Source: Isurus oxyrinchus (taxonomy: Eukaryota). From it: a DNA stretch of 64,000 nucleotides. The first letter of the stretch is position 1, and every line of letters begins with the position of its first letter. The DNA lies in NCBI GenBank assembly GCA_026770705.1, contig JANJGN010000017.1, positions 30,318,001 through 30,382,000 on the forward strand, written 5' to 3'. The translations under genes and the position numbers were made by a program. Of this stretch, positions 38,850-51,391 are shown piece by piece. The notes beneath the pieces were generated by a model, which did not search any database, had not been told where the DNA came from, and saw only the letters and a list, made by a program, of their open reading frames with translations.

Positions 38850-39056
38850 AAGTTGCTGCAGTCCCAGAGGCTGCTCTCTTATCAGAGGGACACAATTCGT
38901 GGTGAGTTTAACCTGAGGGTTACCACACCTCAGGCAAGGGGCAAGGTCGAGAAGGTGGGGCCTTCATGGACGACCTCAGCTAGTACAGGATTTGAACCCA
39001 TGCTATTGGCTTCACTCCGCATCACAAACCAGCTGTCCAGCCAACTGAGCTGACCA
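38850..39056 (-). mobile_element. tRNA-derived SINE
   Basis: Minus strand ggtcagctcagttggctggacagctggtttgtgatgc..gggttcaaatcc has Pol III A and B boxes, followed by a non-tRNA body. Appears nested in a degenerate MITE (~38520-39335). Confidence 0.85.
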
Positions 39057-40275
39057 ACAGCGACAGCCTTCAGTGGCCAGGCTGCCAAACACCTGAAAAT
39101 ACTGACTGTGGCAGGCATAATCTATTCTACGGTCAAATGCTGGAAAATTCTCAAGAGTTAGGTCTTTATTTGCATATGCAAAGGGTTTTCAGTTAGGGAA
39201 CACCTATCCAGGAGCCTTTATCACCTGGTTAGCAGTGTTGTCCTAGTGTGGAATAAGCACAAGAGCACTGTCTGCCCTATTGGGTCTTTTCGACACCCGT
39301 CTTCATGGGGAAAGATGCCATTGAACTTCTAGGCCAATGTTTTTCCACAAACTAATTTGAACTCATTTTCAAAGGCAAATAAGTTGAATTTTGAAAGCAA
39401 GCAGGAAAGGTTGATCACTTGATTTTGGCTTGTGCTTTGATAATAGTTAGAAAATGTAAACATTTTAAATACTGACACCAGTAAGACACAGCGAAGAAGA
39501 GACAGAGAGAGAGAGTAAATGCCTAGAGTGTCTGTTCTTATTTTAAATTGTGTTCCTTTTGTGGAAAACAGTCCAACTTGAAAGCAACTTATTTAGTTAT
39601 GACCTGAGCTTTTTGGTGATAAGAAATATCCTAATTATTGACATCTGTGGGACAAAGGGATAAAGACAGGATGACTGAGTCTCGGGGAATGTCCTCAGGG
39701 TTCTCTTGATAAGCCTTTGTAATTTTACTGGAATACCAAAAGAATTCCTCAAGGAAATTCCTAATGAGAGTCATAGAGAGGCAAGGGGCTAGTAGGCAAA
39801 GAAAGAGAAGGTTGGGGGGGGTGGGGTGTAGATTTTCAGGAACCAATTACAAAACACTAAACTTAATGGTTGCTGATACCTCTTAGGAAATTACAAACTC
39901 GTGTTGCCAGACATTGAAGCATGAACTTTTCTGTAGATGTCATACTTACTTCCTATAGCACATTCCCATCACTCTTTGTAGATAACACCCCTATTGTTGC
40001 AATATCCTCCAATTCACTGTGAGACTTGCTAATATATACATAAATTACATTTTTTTCAATGCAAAAGGCTACAAAATGCTTATCTGTAATTGGTAGCTTA
40101 ATATCTTATAGCCATTTATAAAATAACTAAAAATTAACCTTACAGATAACCATTGGTTTTAATGGTTGACTAGTCTTATCCATGATAAACGCATTACTTG
40201 AGCATTGAGGCTTAAATAATCCAAGCACAATGGTATTTCATATTTATTACTTTAAATTAAGAGCTGTTGAAGACA

Positions 40276-41086
40276 TGTAACAAATCACTGTATAATTACC
40301 TTATAAAATCCCAATAAATTTATTGAATATTATAGAAATAGCTCTCTCTTTCTCTCATGAAGAAATCTTCTTGGGCTGCCAAATAAAGGAAGCGTAGGCT
40401 GTTATCGCTATCAAAGACATGCTTCTAGGAAAGGTACTGAAACAAGACTTTCCTAAACATGCTGAGGGGAGGTCTCATGACCCAAATGTAAACCAACTGT
40501 TTGAAGAAAGATTAAACAGGATATCCTAGCAAGCGATAAGCTACAAAGCCACATGTGTTCTAAGCCATGAGATGATTTCTTGGGCTTCCACAGGAATGGG
40601 AGGAATTGCCTTGAACATCTGTCCAATGGACAATTGAATAAGTGATTGACTTAGGACCCCAGAAATAAGGTGCAGAAACAGGCTCACGAGAAGGAAAAAT
40701 CACTTTGGATGGAAAAGAGTTCCTCGAGGCAGACCAATCCTGGCTCTGGCCTAATATTTCAGTGGGCTCAAGAAGACCGAGAGCAGAAGAGACTGCCACG
40801 ACCAGCAACGGAGATCAGCTCCATCCATCTGTTTGTCTGGGACCATTGGACTGTTCTGAGGAGACTGTACCCCAGTAGCAGAGATCAGCAACCCCTGCTT
40901 TCCCCATCCGTTCATCCGATCCGGGATTGGTAACGATTCTCACCTGTCCTGGGTCATATGTATTTTCTATCTATTTAGCTTATGTATTCATATTTAAACT
41001 GTTGCTTCTTATTAACTGATTTAAAATCACTTATGGCTTGGACTCCCATTTTGGATAATCTGTGACGCCTGGAACGATATTTTACA
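40276..41086. mobile_element. Solo LTR (811 bp)
   Basis: Termini TGTAACAAATC / GATATTTTACA form a 9/11 inverted match with TG..CA. Exact 4-bp TSD GACA at 40272-40275 and 41087-41090. Confidence 0.75.
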
Positions 41087-41394
41087 GACAGAAGAGTTTG
41101 ATTATAGATGGCTGGTGTCATTCACTGATACAATCAATCTGATATCCTCCATTTTTCAGTATGATTTTGATGTTGCTAATAAATGTATCCTTTGGACAGC
41201 AAAAGGATCTGTCATAATTTATTGGTAAAAATCTTGTATCACTATTACTGATTGGACTGGTGATGATTTTCACACTACAGGGCTCTGAGCCCCTCAATAA
41301 TATGCACCATAAAGAAAAATACCAAGCCAAGCAGATCAGAAATGTTAGGTTTGATCATTCTACTGTGCAGTGTTGGATTATTTCAGTGGGGATC

Positions 41395-41660
41395 GGGCAT
41401 AAAGTTAATTCCAGTAACTCTGAGCAGGGAGAGGGCAAAAATCACCTTGGACTTCCGAGCGCTACCCAGTGAGTCTGGTTATCAGATGAGAACAAGAATA
41501 TGTTTGACTCTGGAGATTACCCTCCCCCCCACCCCATTATCAGAATAGCCTGCCAACACTTAAACTAAACAGAAGGAGTTACGATTTGAGTGAAGTACCA
41601 GGGGTTTGCGGCACTCATAGAGCCATATTCCGGCATGAGTCAGTCTCTTCAAAGCAGAGA
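41395..41660 (+). mobile_element. Ancient LF-SINE-like repeat, decayed
   Basis: gggagagggcaaaaatca..gctacccagtga..aatagcctgccaacact..ccggcatgagtca resembles 50075-50130 and 50280-50300. Family recognised from memory. Confidence 0.45.
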
Positions 41661-42289
41661 AAACTAGAGAAAAACGCTATGGAATTTCTAACATTGCAGA
41701 CTCAACTGTTGAATCCAAGGAACCTGTGTGAATCAGGAACGTAACATGTTAGGAATAGTGGCTATTGAGGTGGATATTTTAGTTGTTTCTCCTTCTTATG
41801 ATAGTCCCTCGGGATCAGAGATAATTTGCTTCCACTCTGGTTCAGTGCATTCTAAAATTGCTAATGCGTGACCTGTAGACTGTACCACATGTAGGGCAGG
41901 TGGTGTTTAAGGATTGAGTGGGCGGGGGGCTGTGCGCTCCTTCCACTGCCTGGACTTGGTCTGTTGTAGTCTCTCAAAGTGCTTGCTTCTTGAATGCTTG
42001 TATTAGAAATGGACACTCAATTCTTTTCAACTGAGTAGTCAAAGGATCAAGACAAATGCTGTAGAAACAGCCAAGAAATGAAACACAGACTGACATACAA
42101 CAATCCTGGACAGAATGGCTGGTAGAAGTGTAAAATATTACTTTCAAATGAATGTGTGAATGATATGCCTTCAAGAATCTTCCCCTATACCCTAGAACTC
42201 CTTCATGCAATATCTCTCTCTACCTTCCAAAATCTGAAAATCTACTTCTTCAACCACATCTTTATCCACCTCCCCAATATACAAGTGTC

Positions 42290-42450
42290 AGCTCGGCTCC
42301 AAGTCTAGAAGGTTATGAGTTCACTCTCACCCATGTTTTAAGCATGTAAAATAAGCTGCCACATAAATACTGAGGGAGCGCTATGTTGTTAGAGGAGTCT
42401 GTTCAAGTGATCCTAGATTACTGTTTGAAGATGAGTGGACAGTTGACAAG
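42290..42450 (+). mobile_element. Decayed DeuSINE head fragment
   Basis: agaaggttatgagttca and aatactgagggagcgctatgttgttagagg resemble 3810-3890. Confidence 0.5.
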
Positions 42451-43923
42451 TTTCTGATTGACTGTGAAGAGCACTGGGTCCTCAGATGGCATTAAGGCAA
42501 ATTTATTTCCCCTCTTCTTAACTCCTGCCTGGTTCTGATACCAAAATTAAACCATGTCTTGTGATGTTTTGTTATAAAAAGGAATTATAGAAGTCAAAGT
42601 TGTAAAAAGGGTACTTCAGATACAGCATTGTGACGCTGAATGGGTTTATAACATAACTCATTGATCTCTTGATGGTTTACACATAGGGGAACAGAACCTG
42701 TATATTGTCAGTTTTCCAAGACATTAAAAAAGGTCAGTACACCTCATTGTCTATTGACTATCAATAAACGTCTCCAGAAGTGACTATAAAATGGCTGACA
42801 CGGAATTAGATAAAAGGGTAAATAGTCTTCAAATAAAATTTACAGTGAAGAGGCCTCAATGGTACAATTACAACTATGATAATGTAAACCATCACTAATT
42901 AGCTGTTGAGGTGAATGGGAGCAGGTAAAGAAAAAAACTTCTGCAATAGCAGCCAACATGGCAGTTCTGAAGCTAAGCTTTCAACAAGCTCTCCATGGTG
43001 CTGAAACTGCTTGAAAATTCTTCTTCAGATCATCAGTTCCTTGAGTGAGTGGGAGATCAAGGGTGCAAAAGCAACTCCACAGTGACTTGAAAAGCCACAC
43101 AAGAGTCAGAACTGTCTGAACAGATGGTGAGAGGATGCATTTTGTATAAAGAAATACTTCTGCAGCTGATTCATAATCACTCTATTTTTTAAAAGCTTTA
43201 AAAGAATATTGCAAAGTAAAACCTTACTATGGCCTTACCTTCAAGCATTTCTCATAATTTACAAAATGTAGATTACGTTTTTAAAAACCAAACATAATAT
43301 TTTACTGCTCAGACTAATTAATAATTGCATTGAGCATTGCTGGGAGGCCAGCACCTAAGTATCATATTTTAGCACCTGCCTCATGAAAAGCAACATAATG
43401 GTAACCCATCATACTGCAAAAAAAAAGATTTTTCTTAAAAAAGAGAATTTTTTTAATGACAATTAATGGTTAATTATGATTTCTTTAATAGGATAACGGA
43501 TTGACATAAGATTTATTCACGACCTGCTTTGCCAACAGATAACTTGCTGAGTGAACAACTTAAAGTAATCACTGCAAATATTGCATTGACTCTATTTAGA
43601 TGCAATAAACTCTTCTGGTTCATGCAAATATGTTCATGTTAGGGTGTACAATAACGGCACTAAGAAACAACACACTGGGGGCTAAACTGGATAGCCGCCA
43701 AAACCATGTGCGAGGTCAACTCCATTCTGGCTGCTCATAACCATTATTGCTGGGAGCAGACAGCGCTAACCATGTTGTTCATTGGCTACATGTCTCCAAA
43801 ATTAAAACTTCCTCGCATTTCTTGAAGCTAGACTACACTGTTGGAAACTAGCCTCTTAAAGGGGAGGTGCATTGTGGCTGGAGCAGGTGCAGGAAGTGAA
43901 TCTAACCTGGGAAACATTGAAGA

Positions 43924-45350
43924 ATGGCACAACATAGGAGAGCACAGCTCCAACGTTTTCAGGCACTGTAGTGGAGGGCTTGATGGAGAAGGTAGCAAGG
44001 AAAAACGATGTCCTATATTGGCAGTGGGACAGGAAGCAATCCAGGCACATGTTCAGAAGGTAGTAAAAGCAGGCCTGTGGAGGCCAATGCCAGGAGGAAA
44101 GCCACGTGAACGTGAAGCAACAAGTTCAATGGCCTCACACGAGTGATCAACGTCTATGAATGTATCTTAAAATATCATATCCTATCAACTGCACCGCTAG
44201 CCTCAACTACTTCTCAATTCACTAGCACCCCCATCAAACTCCAGAAATCAGGACTCATGCCTTATATTTAAAAGCTCCATCAGACCCACAGACACATGCC
44301 CCACCACTTCTCACAGCTTGCACATACTACCAGCTGTTCAACTATAACAGCCATATCACCCAAACAGATTGAACTATATACATTGACATACCTCCCTTGC
44401 TATCAGAGGATAAGGTGGCATACAACCAGAGGCAGCAGGAACTAACCAGAGGGGGACAGCTGTAACTGTACGTCCCAGAGGAGGCAATGCTTGCAATTAT
44501 TGGAAGGACTAATGCTGAAGCCATGGGCAGCAATGGGGTTGAAGCAATTGAAGATGACCATACCCTCATACCTACTTCAGCTTGTCACATCCTACTTGCC
44601 CCTCATCCTGCACTCTATTCTGAACTGTAGGATGCATTTAGTGTAAACATGTACTTTTTATTTTCACCTGCCACACACCACAATTTCATCCTTCCGCCTT
44701 TTACTTTCAAATACCCAAGAACTGCAATCTGGAAAGGCAATGAAAAAACAACAAAAAGACAATGATGATGAAGATGTGCCATCATTTTGATTTCACACTC
44801 ACAGCCACCAACTTAGGTACGAACAACGTGTGTGTCTTAGATGTTAGCATAGAGGTAGGATCTGCATGTGGTGAGACACTGAGCACAAATAGCCTGCAGA
44901 TAGGGCATTGCATAAGGATTGTGCAGGCACCAGGTTGCCAGAGAGCAAGGTTGTGCACAGGTTCTGCTGCAGAGGACTCAGACGAGGACTTCGATGGGGC
45001 AGGCTGAGAAAAAGGCTATGTGCATACATAACAAAACACTTTGTGCATTGGGAGGCCTGACAAAAAGCCTTCGTTCAATATCAAGGAACATAGAGGTGTC
45101 CAGCATCTAAGTGGTGGCCAACTCCATGAGCACACTTTTGAATCCAACCATGATGCAGCATGTGATAACCAATGTCACAATCTTTCTCTGCAGCACAAGC
45201 AACAGCCACCTAACTCATGAGTGCTACAGTGGAAACTCAGGCTGTACCAATCATGGCTCTGGATACCAGTGTGCAAAGGACTCCTAGGGCATGAAAGCAT
45301 CCCTGCAAACTCCTCTCCAACAGATCTGCTTCCTAAAGACACTCTGCAGA
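43924..45350 (+). pseudogene. Harbinger Myb/SANT-like gene remnant (about 3 exons)
   Basis: Exon 1 reads ESTAPTFSGTVVEGLMEKVARKNDVLY...KFNGLTRVI (consensus APRFS..LE.L...V......L...KFNDL). After a C-rich spacer, cag|..DKVAYNQRQQELTRGGQ near 44408 (consensus K..HN......TGGG). Stops and frameshifts present. Confidence 0.7.
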
Positions 45351-45437
45351 TAAGGACTCCTGATGAGAGCCCTTTTCCCCTTCCTCCTCCTCACTCTTCC
45401 AGCAGCCTGCCCTACTCTCTGTGATCTCTGATCATTC

Positions 45438-45908
45438 TAGTCTGCTTTCTGGGATGAGGGGATTGTCTTAAAGGCAAGATAGAGTAGATTAGACCTATAT
45501 TTCCTAGAGTTTAGAAGAAAGAGGGGTGATCCAATTGTAACATATAAAATTCCTGAGAGGCTTGACCATGGAGATGCTGAGAAAATGTTTCCCCTGACTG
45601 GGAATCTAGAACATGGGGTCACAGTCTCAGAATAAGGGGTCAGCCACTTAGGACTGAGATGAGCAGAAATTTCTTCACTGAAAGGGCTGTGAACTCTGGA
45701 ATTCTCTGTCCCAGAGAACTGTGGATGCTCAATCACGGAGTATATTCAAGGCAGAGTTTCATAAAGTTTGGGTACTGAGGAGATTGAGTGATATGGGGAT
45801 AGTCCAAGAAGTTGGAGCTGTGGTATATCAGCCATAATCTTGTTGAATGGTGGAGAGAGCATGAAGGGCCAAATGGTCTCTTTCCTTAGGTTCTTATATT
45901 TTCTAAGT
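45438..45908 (+). mobile_element. CR1 LINE 3' fragment
   Basis: Encodes LYFLEFRRKRGDPIVTYKI..GLD..DAEKMFP..SRTWGHSL...RNFFTERAVNSG, followed by a CR1 3' UTR ending ttcttatattttctaag. Confidence 0.9.
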
Positions 45909-48751
45909 CATGTGCAATGCCAAGAGGAAGGCTCACTCAGCCACCCATTACTGGCAGCAATCAGATTGTGCAGAATCCTTGACATCAACAATCACCTTCC
46001 AGCATCTGCCAATCAACTCCCTGCAGACTTTTCAACATGACACAAGAATGGAAAGCAAACACTTGTAGAATTGTGCCAACAGTCAGAATAAATCACCGAG
46101 GAACTAATCTGTAAGTAATTGGTAGTTGCTTGAACTACTGCTGGTGGCCGTCCTTCATGCTGTTTAACACATATTCAGCTGCATGAGGTTAAGAGTGGCT
46201 GGAGTGTTGAGCTCCAAAATGGGAGCGCTGGCATCAATTCAGTATTGCATACTAATTAACATCATAAACGCTCCACATCTTTGCAGTGGATGTTAGGTGC
46301 GGGCGCGCCACACCTTCACTAATATGGCATCTGGCGATCTTCACAGCAGAATTTTGCATCCTCTTTTCACCCAGTGATGGCATTAAGCAGGCCAAGTTTG
46401 AAACCAGTCAAAGTCCAGTACCTTGGAACCCAATGAACCTGAAGCCAATATATTAAAAAGCATTTCATAAAAACTCGGGTAATGTCTTTATTCTCTATAT
46501 TCAGCTAGGATTATGGAAATGAAAGTTCTCAACTTTGAGAAATGGATACAGCTCATCTTAACTAATTTGATCTCTTTGAAGCCATGTTGCCTCTTGATAT
46601 CATCAGCTGCTGAATGTGCTTGCCAGATTTCAGATGTGCTGCAATTATGCAGCATTTCACTGCAGATGCTAACCAGAAAGTACAATGCCCTGCGAAGGGG
46701 TGATAAAATAGAAAACTTTTAATACGAATATCATGTGCAGGAAAACACTAACTTTGTCTGATTATTCTTATCAAATCAGGATGGATTGAAATGCTGGTTT
46801 TCAATTAATGTTTCTGTTACTGGCATTATTGGTAACTATTATGTGCTCTATTTGTGTATGCAAAACAACTTATTGGCAATACATTAAAGCACAAGGACTG
46901 CAGTGCAATGCACCAAAACCAAAAGTAAACTTGAGGGATTTTTTTAAACTAATGATGTTGCTTATTGGTACTCTAAGACTGTTGTCGACAGCAGATTTTT
47001 TCACCTGCAAATCCACCCTGAACCCTCATATAAAATCTGCTCAGTTAAAAGGTCATATACAGTAACCTGAATTCACTGGATAAATAAATGCAAGTAAAGT
47101 AGATGAATCACAAGAGAATTGGTGCATGGCAGTGAATGAATAACCTGCAAATGGTTCCCAAACCCCATTATTTCCTTTTTTTTTCAGGCCAAAGATTCAT
47201 GTCCCTGCATCCTGTCAGTTCATTACGGAGAAATATCATTCCTCTCATGGCACATTCTGGACTACCCTCTCAGCCCCATGAGGACCCTTTAATGTTTAAT
47301 TCCCCATCATCTGCTTCAGTGAACAGTTTAATCTCTGCTTGTATGATCAATACTATATCAGTGTAAATTAAAATGACAATTTTAAAGTAATTAAGCCTGT
47401 TAATGCTCGATCCAAATATCATTATTTGTAAAAGGGATATGGGAAAAATTACACAGTGTCTAGGGTGACAGGCAGATGTTCTATCATTGCAATCCTGTTG
47501 CAGTTGTAGACACTGAAGGCTTAAGGAAAGCAGATTAACTTCTTGCTCAGACTGCCAGGATACCTATCCAATTTCAAAGGGCATAACGCAATTTGATAAA
47601 TTTAATTTATGGGGCAAACTCAATTATTTTTAATATTAAAAGAAAACTGGGCAGACTCCAAAAATGACACAATGAAAATGCACTTAACTGCAGAACAAAA
47701 TCCAGAAGTAATTGTATTATTTAATTTCCCTAAACCTTTCTAAAAACCTTTAAATAATTGTAATTTGAAGAAGAATAGCCAACATTCATTTATAGACAGT
47801 GCTCTGAATTTAATACAGTTGTTAATAAAAAGGTGCTGTTCACAGTACAAATGTTCAGTCTTACTCGCATTTGGCAACATATATTAGACTTGAATCATTA
47901 GGTTATTCAATCTCATAAATAGCTCAATACCATTCAAAATACTTCAGAGCAATTTTTTGATTCTGTTGAGCATTAGTCGTTTTGATTTTAGGTTTGCAAT
48001 GATGGTGACTTATTTCTATAGCAGGCCACTTCATATCATTAATCGATAACTAACTGATATTGAAAACTGAAGGTTCCTCGTTTTTCAGTGCTCCACTATT
48101 TTGTGTCTTCTTGGCATGCATCTTCCATGGATTGTTTTAAATACACATGATCACATGATCAATGTAAGCTAGCTGGCTCAGAAACATGAGATCAGACATG
48201 AATATCAAAGTATCAGTTAGCCATTGCAGGAAAGGAAAGAGAGATCAATAATGGGACATGAAACACCTTTATTCTACAAAAAAAAACAGTAGTTACCAGT
48301 CAGACACTAAATAGTGATTTAACTAATGCACTGTCTGAAGATTATGGATCTAATGATCTTCATGATATTTTAAGAACCTTGTAGGTCAAAAGCTAACTGT
48401 CTAAGGGGTTTCCGCTCTGCTCTGAGGGGCCTAACTGCTTGGTGTCTCTGATTTATTCATTCCTGAACAACACCCACCTCTCCTGGTGGGCCTGCTGAGA
48501 TCCAGACCTGCCAGCCCTGCAACTGGCACATCAGGAGAGGGAGACCACCCATTCTTAATAGGACCGTGAGCGCTGAAGCAACCAATTAGGAGGCTGCTGC
48601 TGATAAAATATCTCCCCTACTCTGGCTCCCGGCGAGTGCGAGTGCAGGATCGGGACCATCATTTGGTCATGATGTCAGGGTCCCAAAGCTAGTTGGAAAA
48701 TGTGGCTCATTATTTAGGGCAGGATTTTACTCAAAAAGGTAAGAATATTCA

Positions 48752-49506
48752 GGGCGGAATTTAATGCCCCCCCCCCCCCCCCCCCCCCCGTTTGCAAGTT
48801 TGGAGGTGGGGATATTTAATCAGGCGGGAGGGTGTGGATTCTGCCACTCCCCCACCTCCACTAAATTAAGTCCAGGGTGGGCTTGTGGATAGCCTTCCCA
48901 CCAGATACTAATTGAGGTTCTCACCTGGGCAATTAATGCCCACTTAAGAGCCTCACTCCACCGCCACTGGTATTCAACCAGCAGCAGGTAGGGGTTGCCA
49001 CATGGGGAACCTGAGAAGAAAACTTTGTCGGGTTCTCTTGAGGCTTCTGGGAGGAGCAGAGGGGTGGCGAGTGGTGGGTCCCTGGTTTAGAGGCAGTCAA
49101 TACCTAATTGAGGGACCAGCATTAGGAAGGAGGTAGGGAGTGGCACTGAAAACCACATGATGTCCTTTCTTCCGAAACCTTCCTCCAACTCAGCCAGCAA
49201 CTCCTTCCCCACAAACCCTTGCCGCCTTCACCTGTGGCCTGGGTGCCTCATCAATCTTAGGCCTCTGGTGGGTGGGTTACTAGCAGCAGGCACCACTTCC
49301 GATAGCACTGATGGTCAACGGGGAGCTGCTGACCTTTGATTGGCCGGCTGCTCTCAGCAGGTGAGATTTCCACCCATGGGATCCTGAATTGCCTGATGGG
49401 CACAAAATACCGGTGGGCCTTCCCCAAAGGAGGAGACGCAGGGGTTCCCCCAGTTCTCCAGCCAAAGGGCGAGACCCCATGCAGTCGCCAACATTAAATT
49501 CTGCCT
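48752..49506 (+). mobile_element. Harbinger-type MITE (family B), complete
   Basis: TIRs gggcggaatttaatg / cattaaattctgcct. 3-bp TSD TCA at 48749-48751 and 49507-49509. Expanded poly-C run at ~48767-48789. Confidence 0.85.
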
Positions 49507-49949
49507 TCAGATTCTGCTGCACGGTTGTGGAAAAATAAAGTAGCAGACAAAAAATGTAGCTCAAAACTTTTAATTTTGTCATTCACGCCACTTAAACGGA
49601 AAAAGAAAAATTTACCCAGGGAAATATCTGCTTTTTGGTGTGACAGATTTTAAAGTCCCAATAGTGCAGCACGATGATTTTATGTTAAATGTTTCTGCAA
49701 AGTATAAAGCCCCATTAAATTTAAGAGAAATATATAATATAATGATCAAGTGTTGTTTAATTAGTCAAACTTCAGACTCCTTGAATTTTCAGATTCTGTC
49801 CAGATTGCAGTTTCTCAAGAAGGGATCTGTATGTCCCAAAATATAACAGCACAGATTATTTTTTTTACAATTAATTTAGCTGTAAAAGATTTTTTAAAGT
49901 TATTAGGATTTAACTAGATGAGCCACATGATTCCTTCAATTACTTTATG

Positions 49950-50320
49950 GATAAATGTAATCTATGGCGTGCTACAAGCCCCGGAGCATTCCCAGATTTA
50001 ATTCCCGGCTTGTGCAGAGTTAGCACCCCTTGGTTTGAGTGCTGGCAGGGCATTACAACCACTCTCAGTATCCCTGCACCATGGAGGAGAAATATCAGCC
50101 AAGATTCTACCTCTCATCACAATCCAGTGCCTCCTGCTGAGGTTTTACACAGGCTGAGGACAGAGTGATCTTCAGCTGCGATGCCCAGTTGAATTTAGCT
50201 GCTTGTACTTACCATCAAAGCTCAGCCACAAGAAGTGGCCAATTGGGAGAGAGACTGGTGGCACTGCTGAAAGCATCGTGCCCCAGCATGAATGACAGAT
50301 CCATGAGGGAAAGGAGAAGA
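49950..50320 (+). mobile_element. Ancient LF-SINE-like tRNA SINE
   Basis: cccagatttaattcccggcttgtgcagagttagc..attacaaccactctcag..ggaggagaaatatcagccaagattct..atccagtg resembles the LF-SINE-like shark consensus as I recall it. Confidence 0.55.
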
Positions 50321-51105
50321 GGAGATGGAAGGCAGATACACGGGACACTGGGGTGTAGAAAGGCCGGACGGGCAGCTCCACATTTATAAGCTTTAGGTAC
50401 ACAGAATTAAACTTGGAAATCCAAGATCCACCTCATTGGGAAGATACTGTTTTGTTTCACTGTGTGTAAGTGAGAAAGATATTTGAAGTCACCCTGCATG
50501 GAAATCTGCTGTAAGCATTTAACCATCTTATAAAAATGTCAATAACTGTGTGGTATAAAAATCTCAAACGTATTAATGGTAAATAGTGAGCTATAATACA
50601 ATTCCAAAACTTTCAGTTTAGATGATATTATTTTACATATTTATGATAAATTATCATACAAATATATAATTAAATTTGAATGTTCCAGTTACATATTCTG
50701 GGATAATAAAATATTAATTGTTTAATTATGTGACTATATACTGAAATGAATCTCAGGTATATAACTGTTGCAAACTACTGTCAGACCCGGAAGAATGAGT
50801 GGCAAAATTTATAATTAGAATATGTATAGATTCAATCATAAGCTTACGTATCATTTATATACTGCTTGGATTTCCACACTCACTTCAGTGTGAGTTCTGA
50901 ATATGTGATTCTTGCAGAAACTAAAATGTAATTTCCCTCTTCTTCAATTTTCCCTTAATTTTCTCTTCACGGCTGCCTTTTCCACAATAAGAAGATTACG
51001 TTAAAGCAAAATTGTGTCTTCTGTATAATATTAAATGATAGGATACCATCAGATAAATTCAATTAAATTCAACTGTTTGATTCTAGTGATGTTTATAAAC
51101 TGATA

Positions 51106-51391
51106 GGCCCAGATTTTCGCTCCCGGGTCAGGTGTGCAGAGAGGGGAGAATTCCCTGGTCCAATCTGCACGCTCCAGGTTTCCAAAATCCCACTTCAGTG
51201 GAGGCAGCTGATGGTTTAAATGGCTGGCTGTCTCCGTAAAGTACACATGCATGAACCCTGGCCCAACTCCACTCCTGCCCCTGAGAAAATAGAACATGCC
51301 ATGTTTGGGGGCAGGATTTAGAATTTTCAGCCAATTCCGGGATTTTCCCCACAATAGAGAACATCTCTCTGTCATAGCGAGAATCTGGGCC
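51106..51391. mobile_element. 286-bp MITE
   Basis: TIRs ggcccagattttcgc / gcgagaatctgggcc match at 14/15. TSD ATA at 51103-51105 and 51392-51394. Confidence 0.88.

Larger units (their letters stand above)
43677..46372 (+). mobile_element. Harbinger relic with intron-containing Myb/SANT-like gene, interrupted by CR1
   Basis: Contains the Myb/SANT remnant listed below. Termini are only weakly TIR-like, so the ends are approximate. Confidence 0.55.

Noticed and set aside
38975-39056. Possible tRNA gene
   Set aside because: It has A and B boxes but no proper acceptor stem, and it continues into a SINE body.
48767-48789. Poly-C run, and C/G-rich tracts at 10130-10176 and 13970-14010 (G-quadruplex potential)
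   Set aside because: Simple-sequence expansions inside mobile elements, with no independent sign of function.
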